A DNA stretch of 11,160 nucleotides from an uncultured bacterium (GTDB taxonomy: Bacteria > Krumholzibacteriota > Krumholzibacteriia > Krumholzibacteriales > Krumholzibacteriaceae), in assembly GCA_965371515.1 (NCBI GenBank), contig CBDUYR010000071.1:1-11160 (forward strand). Reading direction: 5' to 3'. Shown in pieces: positions 1 through 7,100 of the stretch; within the stretch, counting starts at the first letter, position 1; each line of letters opens with the position of its first letter. The position numbers were made by a program, and so were the translations under genes. The notes beneath the pieces are model-generated. The model saw only the letters and a program-made list of their open reading frames with translations, was not told the origin of the DNA and made no database searches.

Positions 1-68
1 CCCTTGTTCATCCGCGCATCCCTGTCACCGTAACAGCTAAGACCATCAGCTGCAAACGCAGGTTATTC
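1..68 (-). mobile_element. Putative left half of an integron attC-like recombination site (right half lies outside the window)
   Basis: The - strand reads GAATAAC-CTGCG-TTTGCAGC-TGATGGTC..., matching attC architecture: 7-nt R'' ending in AAC (68..62), 5-nt spacer, 8-nt L'' box, then TGA. R'' deviates from the strict RYYYAAC consensus, but its exact complement GTTATTC occurs upstream on the same strand (213..207), as expected for a cassette's own core site. L' and R' are not visible. Confidence 0.5.
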
Positions 69-123
69 GGCCACTTGGTTCACTCACAAGAAACCGAACA
101 TCCAACAAAATGACTGTACTTTA

Positions 124-152
124 TTGTATTGCGATGAATTGATATTTACTAT
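124..152 (+). promoter_or_regulatory. Candidate sigma70-type promoter in AT-rich non-coding DNA, pointing toward the 3' end of the porin gene
   Basis: TTGTAT (124-129), 17-nt spacer, TACTAT (147-152). An overlapping - strand TACAAT lies at 128..123. Positions 121-180 are 17/60 GC, so chance matches are possible. Confidence 0.3.
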
Positions 153-229
153 GCAAAATAAGAAGTTCTAAAGCTGTCCACTATGGGGAGCCAATTCCAT
201 TTCGATGAATAACCACAGCCCTCAAGCTG

Positions 230-1420
230 CTAGAATGGAAAGTACATGCCGACGCTGACGTAGTCCTCGTCGCTGCCGGAACCGTCGGCCTGGGTGCCCT
301 GGTCGATCATGGCCTCGACGAAGGCGAAGAATCTCCCCCGGGGGGCGTTCCAGTTCAGCCCGAACATGAGCAAGTTCATGCCATACTCGCCCAGGTAGTC
401 CGCGTCGTCCGTGAAAATGCTGTTCCAGCCAACGAAAGGCATGAACGATCCGTAATCGGAGCCCGGGGAGATGTCATACATAAGGGCCAGTTCCACGCCC
501 CAGCCGTCCATCGGTGTGCCTAGATCGTCCTGGTACATCTGCTTCGAGATCGAGCCCGTGGCGGCGGCGTAGAGATGTTCGCCGCTGTAACTGACCGCCG
601 CCGTGCCTGCCGTTGGATCATCCAGGTTGACGGCCTGGCCGGCGGCGATTATGCCGGAGACGTTGTTCCGGACATGGGAAACGCCGATCTCCAGGCCGGA
701 TTCGGTGGCATAGGCGACCCGGATGCCCTCGCCTCCCTTCCCATAGACCACGCCTAGATAGTCGTCCTCGCCTGGGGTGCATTCCCCGTCGTCCTCGATG
801 CCGCTGCACAGGATGACCGAGTTCTCGATGATCTGGGCCTGCAGGCCGAGAGTCAACGAGCCAGGTCCGGCCTGGAAATCCTTGGTCCAGATGATGGCGT
901 TGTCGACCCGGCCCGTGCCGGTGAGGCCGCCGTCGCCGTAGACGTAGGTCGCCGACGCCATGGCGCTGTACACGTTGAATATGTCGGTGACCTTCGTCGT
1001 CTGCTGGTACACGGAGTACTGCTTGCCGAACGTGAACGAACCGATAACGGTGCTCAGCTCGAAATAACCCAGGCGGTTGGTCAGGATATCGCTGCGGTTA
1101 TCGGAGAGGCCGACGGAATTAGATCCCCGGTATTGGTAGGGCTTCGGCTCCCGGCCAGCCGTGGTGTTGACGTACCACTCGAAATGGCCGCGCCCCTGGA
1201 CGGAGCCCATGATCGGGCCGCCGAAACCGAAGTGTATGCGGGAGCCGTTGTCCGCCACGTCGACCTCGTACTGGCCGATCACCATCAACTGGATGTTGCC
1301 GCCGACGGAGACCGCGAGATCGTCCGTTTTGTATATCTCGGCGGCGAACGACGTGCTGCCGATGGAGGCCAGTATCATCAGGCCCAGACCAATAAGAATT
1401 CTCGTCCGCTCTGATATCAT
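230..1420 (-). CDS. Outer-membrane porin (Gram-negative general-diffusion porin-like beta-barrel), 396 aa with Sec signal peptide
   Basis: Start reassigned from 1522 to the ATG at 1420, which has AGGAGG 5 nt upstream. Signal peptide MISERTRILIGLGLMILASIGSTSFA is followed by AEIYK, like the OmpF/OmpC mature N-terminus. Porin-like segments SRIHFGF, GHFEW and RLGYFELS..GSFTFGKQY are present, with amphipathic strands and a C-terminal aromatic beta-signal (VSVGMYFPF). Confidence 0.85.
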   Translation of the reverse strand: MISERTRILIGLGLMILASIGSTSFAAEIYKTDDLAVSVGGNIQLMVIGQYEVDVADNGSRIHFGFGGPIMGSVQGRGHFEWYVNTTAGREPKPYQYRGSNSVGLSDNRSDILTNRLGYFELSTVIGSFTFGKQYSVYQQTTKVTDIFNVYSAMASATYVYGDGGLTGTGRVDNAIIWTKDFQAGPGSLTLGLQAQIIENSVILCSGIEDDGECTPGEDDYLGVVYGKGGEGIRVAYATESGLEIGVSHVRNNVSGIIAAGQAVNLDDPTAGTAAVSYSGEHLYAAATGSISKQMYQDDLGTPMDGWGVELALMYDISPGSDYGSFMPFVGWNSIFTDDADYLGEYGMNLLMFGLNWNAPRGRFFAFVEAMIDQGTQADGSGSDEDYVSVGMYFPF

Positions 1421-1481
1421 AAGAGCCTCCTTTCCATACCACTCGATTAGGTAGCAAGCAAAGGAGTAGCGCGTCAATACC

Positions 1482-1487
1482 ATTATA
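1482..1487 (-). promoter_or_regulatory. Candidate -10 element for the porin gene
   Basis: Perfect TATAAT on the - strand (1487..1482), about 60 nt upstream of the porin ATG. No good -35 at 17-nt spacing (CTCCAC). Confidence 0.35.
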
Positions 1488-1494
1488 GGGGTAC

Positions 1495-1523
1495 TTGCGG
1501 AGATGTGGAGAGAGGAGTACAAT
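1495..1523 (+). promoter_or_regulatory. Candidate sigma70 promoter for the L,D-transpeptidase operon
   Basis: TTGCGG (1495-1500), 17 nt, TACAAT (1518-1523), followed by GGAGG (1542-1546) and ATG at 1554. Confidence 0.5.
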
Positions 1524-1553
1524 CAGGCACTTCCTTACAATGGAGGCAATACG

Positions 1554-2309
1554 ATGCAACTTCCCGGTGGATCCGGACATATCCTGCGGGTGATTCTCGT
1601 TATTCTGGTGCTGCTCCTTCCCGCGGGTGGAAGGGCCGGCGAGGAAGCCGGTCTGCATGAGGAGATAGAGGCGCTTTACGGCGAAATGGGCCTTGAGGGA
1701 AGATTCGACAGAGAAGTCTTCAAGCTCGCTGTCATCGGATATGTCAATCTGCGTGGAAGCAGAGCGCTCGGTAAGACCACGCCGCTGTCGATAATCGACT
1801 ATACAAAGCCATCGGCCGAAGAACGCCTGTTCATCATCGACATCACCGGGCGAAAAGTGCTGCGAACGTCTCTTGTGGCGCATGGGAAGAATACCGGCGG
1901 GAACTTCGCGGTGCGTTTCTCGGACGAGCCCGGCTCGCTGAAGAGCAGCTTTGGCTTTTTCACGACCGGAGAGACGTACTACGGGAAGCATGGCTATTCG
2001 CTGAGGCTCCACGGTCTCGAAAAAGCGTTCAACGGCAACGCGCTCGAGCGCTATGTCATCATCCATGGAGCATGGTACGTCTCGCAGAAGTTCGCCGACA
2101 GATACGGCCGACTGGGCCGGAGCTGGGGGTGCCCGGCGCTTCCGCTCGAGACCTCCACCGAGATCATCGACATGATCAAGGGAGGCAGCTGCCTTTTTGT
2201 TTATTTCAACGACCAGGCATACCTCGAGACCTCCGTTTTGCTCGATGAAAGACGGGCCGAACAGTGGTTCACAGAAAATGGAGACTTCTCAAACGAAAAA
2301 AAGGAGTGA
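1554..2309 (+). CDS. Murein L,D-transpeptidase catalytic-domain family protein (YkuD_2-type), 251 aa, exported
   Basis: Start reassigned to ATG 1554 (GGAGG 7 nt upstream). Hydrophobic signal segment ILRVILVILVLLLPAGGRA. Family motifs IIDYTKPS..ERLFIID, LVAHGKNTG, FS..PGSLKSS.GFF.TGETY.GKHGYSLRL.GLE..N.NA..R, and catalytic IIHGA...GRLGRSWGCPAL (His 2064-2066, Cys 2130-2132). Confidence 0.92.
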   Translation: MQLPGGSGHILRVILVILVLLLPAGGRAGEEAGLHEEIEALYGEMGLEGRFDREVFKLAVIGYVNLRGSRALGKTTPLSIIDYTKPSAEERLFIIDITGRKVLRTSLVAHGKNTGGNFAVRFSDEPGSLKSSFGFFTTGETYYGKHGYSLRLHGLEKAFNGNALERYVIIHGAWYVSQKFADRYGRLGRSWGCPALPLETSTEIIDMIKGGSCLFVYFNDQAYLETSVLLDERRAEQWFTENGDFSNEKKE

Positions 2310-2315
2310 GTGACC

Positions 2316-3977
2316 ATGTATCGCAGTGTTTTTATCCACCTGTTCACAGCTGCTCTGATAATCTGCTGCTTGTCCGGAACGGCCTCTTCATCTCAGGAGA
2401 CATCCGCCAGCGAAGTAATCCGGGACAGGATGGACCTGCTGGGTTCAATGGGTTCGCTGGAGATCGGAGAAGAAGGCATCAGGGGCAGGCTGATCCTTCC
2501 CATGTTCTATGAGAGAAGGGATTTCGAGCCGGTATGGAGCGATCCGGGAAGATTCCAGGAGCTTTGGAAGCTCATCGTTGCATCAGCGGACGACGGGCTC
2601 GTCCCCGAGGATTATCACATGGAAGCGATCGACAAGATCGCCGGGGAAGGAGATCGAAAGAAGAATCCGCATAGTAGCGCGGACCTCGACATCCTCTGCA
2701 CCGACGCCTTGCTGACACTTGCGTATCACATGAAATTCGGCAAAGTCGATCCGGAGCGTCTCGATGCCGACTGGAACATCTACGAGGACATGGCGGAACT
2801 GACCGATATGCTCGACCGGATGGAGAAGGTGTTCGAAGGCGGGTCCGGCTCGGTCACGGAGGCCATGGATGAAATCAGGCCGTCGTACGAGATATACAGG
2901 GCCCTCTCGAGAGCATTGGTCGAATACAGGAAGACAGAAGCCGAAGGGGGCTGGGCTGGGGTTCCCGAAGGTGAGACGCTGAAGGAAGGAATGCGTGATC
3001 CGCGGGTCATCAAACTGCGCGAGAGGCTGATTGTCGCAGGCGACCTGAAGACCGATGGATCGGCCGATGATCTGTTCGACGAGGAACTGGCGAGAGGCGT
3101 CGAGAACTTCCAGCGGCGACACGGCCTCGAAGTGGACGGAGTCGTCGGAAAAAATACGATCGCCACAATGAACATACCGGTATCCGGAAAGATAGACCGC
3201 ATCCGGGTCAACCTGGAAAGACTCCGATGGGTTCTACAGGACGATTCCCGCTTATTTATCGTCGTCAACATAGCTGAATTCGAGCTTTATTATGCGGGGG
3301 ACGAAGAGCTCATCTGGCACTCCCGGGTACAGGTCGGCAAGGAGTACCGCAAGACTCCGGTATTCCGCGCGGACCTGGAGTACATCGTCTTCAATCCCAC
3401 CTGGACCGTGCCGCCCACCATACTGAAGAAGGATATGATCCCGAAAGCGGCAAAGGATCCGTCATACCTCGATGGAAAGAATATCAAGGTCATCGATAAC
3501 AAGGGCAGGGTAATCCCGTCCGCAAAGGTCGACTGGAACAGGTATCTCAATGGCGGTTTCCCGTATATGCTCCGCCAGGATCCGGGACCGAACAACGCGC
3601 TCGGAAGGGTCAAGTTCATATTCCCCAACAAGCATTTTGTATTTCTTCACGACACTCCGAGCCGTTCCCTCTTCTCCCGCACGAAGAGGACCTTCAGCTC
3701 GGGCTGCATAAGACTCGAGAATCCTCTCGAGTTCGCGGAAGTCCTGCTGAACGATCCGGATAGCTGGAGTCTGGAGAAGATCGAGCAGCTGATAGAATCG
3801 GCGGAGACGAAGACCGTGCACCTCGATGAGCCGCTGCCCGTATTCCTTCTATACTGGACCGCCTTCGTGACTTTCGAGGGCACGGTTCACTTCAGAGAGG
3901 ATATCTATGACAGGGACGATCCGATCCTGAAGGACCTGGAGGGGGAGTTCCAGCCGAGAGACAGGCATAAGCGGTAA
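2316..3977 (+). CDS. L,D-transpeptidase of the YcbB/LdtD type (scaffold + peptidoglycan-binding + YkuD catalytic domain)
   Basis: ATG 2316 is preferred over GTG 2310 because AAGGAG (2301-2306) lies 9 nt upstream. N-terminal signal peptide; scaffold motifs FYERR.FEPVW and DGL.PEDYH; PG-binding segment FDEELARGVENFQRRHGLEVDGVVGKNT; NLERLRW, IVVNIA, VFNPTWTVP, LRQDPGPNNALGRVKFIFPN; catalytic LHDTP...SSGCIRL (His 3648-3650, Cys 3705-3707); C-terminal DIYDRD. Confidence 0.95.
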   Translation: MYRSVFIHLFTAALIICCLSGTASSSQETSASEVIRDRMDLLGSMGSLEIGEEGIRGRLILPMFYERRDFEPVWSDPGRFQELWKLIVASADDGLVPEDYHMEAIDKIAGEGDRKKNPHSSADLDILCTDALLTLAYHMKFGKVDPERLDADWNIYEDMAELTDMLDRMEKVFEGGSGSVTEAMDEIRPSYEIYRALSRALVEYRKTEAEGGWAGVPEGETLKEGMRDPRVIKLRERLIVAGDLKTDGSADDLFDEELARGVENFQRRHGLEVDGVVGKNTIATMNIPVSGKIDRIRVNLERLRWVLQDDSRLFIVVNIAEFELYYAGDEELIWHSRVQVGKEYRKTPVFRADLEYIVFNPTWTVPPTILKKDMIPKAAKDPSYLDGKNIKVIDNKGRVIPSAKVDWNRYLNGGFPYMLRQDPGPNNALGRVKFIFPNKHFVFLHDTPSRSLFSRTKRTFSSGCIRLENPLEFAEVLLNDPDSWSLEKIEQLIESAETKTVHLDEPLPVFLLYWTAFVTFEGTVHFREDIYDRDDPILKDLEGEFQPRDRHKR

Positions 3978-3990
3978 TCCCGTCGATGAT

Positions 3991-4019
3991 CCCTGCCGGA
4001 ACTGCAGGGGGCGGCAGGG
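3991..4019 (+). terminator. GC-rich stem-loop downstream of the L,D-transpeptidase operon (possible terminator or RNA-stabilising hairpin)
   Basis: CCCTGCCG (3991-3998) and CGGCAGGG (4012-4019) form a perfect 8-bp stem with a 13-nt loop, 13 nt after the stop. No U-tract follows. Confidence 0.4.
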
Positions 4020-4039
4020 CAGGCTCATTCCAAATAGAA

Positions 4040-4096
4040 TTGACAATAACCGTTATCAACCGGACAATAAAATACGGGTTATGCAATTTCCGTATT
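4040..4096 (+). promoter_or_regulatory. Candidate promoter/operator region for the kinase-regulator operon
   Basis: Perfect TTGACA (4040-4045), 17 nt, GACAAT (4063-4068). Also palindrome ATAAC-C-GTTAT (4046-4056), direct repeat GACAATAA (4042, 4063) and inverted repeat AATACGG-N12-CCGTATT (4071-4096). Confidence 0.5.
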
Positions 4097-4131
4097 GGCT
4101 CATTATCCATATCGAATGGCCGTGACTAACC

Positions 4132-7100
4132 ATGAAACCTGCCGGTAAAGATATCATCTATCAAGGGAACACGCTGATATCCGTTGAGATCCTCCCCGGG
4201 TATTCGCATCCGGTGGCTATCAAGAAGCCTTTCGGACCGGACGCATCCAGGCATACAGCTGTTTCCCTTGAGAAAGAATTCACGATGACCCGGGCTCTGG
4301 ATAAGGTCGAAGGAGTACGGAGGGCGCTCGAGATGAAATCGATCGAGCGCCAGCCCGTCCTGATCCTGGAATACATCGAGGGAGAGGCGCTGAAGGAACT
4401 TATTGCCGGGGATCGCCTCGATCTGCGCTCGAGGCTGGAGATCGCCGTCGAGATATCCCGTATTATTGAGAAGATCCATAAGGCAGACATCATTCATCTC
4501 GATATCAACAGTGATAACATCATTGTAAGCAAAGATCTTGGTACAGTGAGGTTGATCGATCTGGGATCGGCCTTTCTTTTCGATGGGAATACGCACAAGA
4601 AAGTCGGGCCGGAACAGGCACTCGGAACTCCAGCGTACATATCTCCGGAACAGACGGGAAAGATCAACCGTGCGCTGGACGAGCGATCCGATCTGTATTC
4701 CCTGGGAGTCGTTCTTTATGAACTGATTTCCGGCAGGCTGCCGTTCGCGTCGGACGAAGCGAGAGTGGTGATCCACGAGCATATCACGCGAGTCCCCGTG
4801 TCACTGACAGAGGTGTTTCCAGGCACCCCGGCTGTTATTAACGCGATCGTATTTAAGCTGCTCAGCAAAGACGCGGAAGACCGCTATCAATCAGCGGCAG
4901 GGGTCCGGCACGATTTGGAAAGATGTCTGGCACAGCTGGAGCCGGATGGATCGATCGCAGATTATCCAATCGGGGAGAAAGACCGTTACCGGAGGTTCAG
5001 GTACCCTCAGAAACTCTACGGGAGAGAGGCTGAGCTGAGGCAGCTGGAAGACACGTTCGACTATGCCCGCCGGGAGCAATCCTCGATCATATTCGTCGCG
5101 GGATATTCCGGTATCGGCAAAACGGTCCTGATCGAAGAGCTGCAGCGCCCCGTATCAGAACAGAACGGGTGCTTTATAAGAGGGAAGTATGGCCAGTACC
5201 TGGATACTGAACCCTATGCGGCAATCGCTCAGGCTCTCGGGATGTTTGTGTCCAGGATAATGGCCGGGCCTGAAAACAGCTTCAGAAAGTGTCGTGAGAG
5301 GATTCAGTCGGCGGTCGGCAGTCTGGGCAAAGTGCTGACGGATGTTATCCCATCTCTTGAAGAAGTGATCGGTCGGCAACCCGAAGTGCCGGGACTGGGA
5401 GGATTGGAGGCAGAGAACAGGTTCAACTATGTTTTCCTCAGCTTTCTTTCGGAAATCGCTACAAAGGATGATCCGCTCGTCCTGTTCCTCGATGATCTGC
5501 AATGGATCGATGCCGCCTCGCTGAGACTTCTTGAAGTGATCCATGCCGAACTCGATCAAGCCGGATTGCTGGTCATCGGTGCGTACCGCGACAACGAAGT
5601 GGACGCCTCACATGCTCTCACAAAGCTGATCTCAGGGAAGGAAAGCGGGGAGATGCGGCTCTGGACCATGCAGCTGGACAATCTGAACCTGGAGGACATC
5701 GATACACTTCTCTCGGATGCGATGGGATCTGGTGACAGTGTCGGAGAACTCGGCGCGGTCATCCACGAGAAGACGCTGGGCAATCCGTTCTTCTCCCGAA
5801 GGCTTCTTTCCTCTCTCAGCGAAGAGGGACGGATAACATTTGAACCGGAAACAGACCGGTGGAAATTGGACCTGGAAAAAATAAACAACGAGACTATCGC
5901 AGACAACGTTGCGAGTCTTCTGGCAGAGACGATCGCGCAACTGCCCGAGGAAACCAGAGACATCCTGAACCTTGCCGCCTGTCTCGGGAACAGGTTTGAT
6001 ATATCGACACTGAGACTGGTCTCAGACCTCACGGAAAACGAGATCATCAGACTGCTCGACGTATCACTGGGAGGACAGTATGTCCTTGGGTCGGAGGGCA
6101 GCTACGAATTTGTGCATGACCAGATCCAGAAGGCGGCATACCTCCTCAAGGATGAAAGCGGAAGGGCCGTTCGGCATCTGAATATCGGGCGATCGCTTCT
6201 CGCGGGGACTGACGGGCCGGAACTGGAAGACAGGATCTTTGATATCGTCAACCAGTATAACAGGGGCATCGATCTGCTGACCGACCGGGTCGAAAAGACC
6301 CGGCTGGCGGATCTCAACCTGTTGGCAGGGCGCAAGTCAAGGCGAGCGTCCGCTTTTTCGGCTTCTGCGGATTATCTGAGAAAGAGCGCAGCGCTTCTCG
6401 ATGAAGATCTCTGGCAGGATGATTTTCGGCTGATGCTGGATGTGCATAATGAATTCATAGAAGCGTGTTACCTGACGATTCAGTATGGAGAAGTAGAGAA
6501 ACTGTTCGAGACGATCGTCGCACATGTTGAAGATAACGCAGATCTGCGCGTCGCCTACAAGGCAATGATCATGTCGGATACGGCGGAAAACAGGCTGAGT
6601 GAATCTATTTCCCTTGCCGAGAGGTACATGGACAGACTCGGCATCACTTTCGATAACGAACGTGAGTCGGCTCTCAGCGTTGAGGAACTGTATCTGCTGC
6701 CGACCATTGAGGATAAAGAGAAATCCGCCGCGCTGGAGATTCTCATGGCGATTACCACGCCGATAATATTTTCTGCGCCTGAGCGTCTGCCTTCACTGAT
6801 CTTTACAATGCTGAATATCATCAGCAGATATGGCGATAACGCGATCGCGGCGTCCGTGTACGCCTGGTACGCGACAAATCTCTGCTTTGCCCGGAAGTAT
6901 TCCGAAGGTAATCTGTTCGGTCAGCTGGCCGTTGATCTTCTGTGTAAATATCCCGACTCAGGCAGTTCCTCGCAGGTCATAAACATGCACTGCGCGTGGA
7001 TCAAGCACTGGACGGCCTCTGTACATGACCTCGTCGAGCCGCTTAAATCGTATCATGAGGTAGGGCTGCAGGAAGGAGACTTCGAATGGTGCCTGTACTG

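Noticed and set aside
114..129. Possible LexA (SOS) box starting CTGT near the attC-like site
   Set aside because: CTGT-N8 is followed by GTAT, not ACAG.
1421..1522. 34-codon N-terminal extension of the porin in the ORF track (start 1522)
   Set aside because: The ATG at 1420 has a strong AGGAGG and yields a normal signal peptide; the extension overlaps the divergent promoter region.
1503..1553. Upstream ATG (1503) for the first L,D-transpeptidase
   Set aside because: It lies inside the predicted promoter and lacks an SD; ATG 1554 has GGAGG at good spacing and gives a signal peptide near the N-terminus.
1119..2066. 315-aa - strand ORF
   Set aside because: It overlaps the LDT gene in antisense and the porin gene in another frame, has no recognisable motifs, and is typical of shadow ORFs in GC-rich DNA.
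2316..2400. Possible lipoprotein signal in the YcbB-type protein (LIICC)
   Set aside because: The residues before either Cys do not fit the [LVI][ASTVI][GAS]C lipobox; a standard Sec/SPI signal or membrane anchor is more likely.
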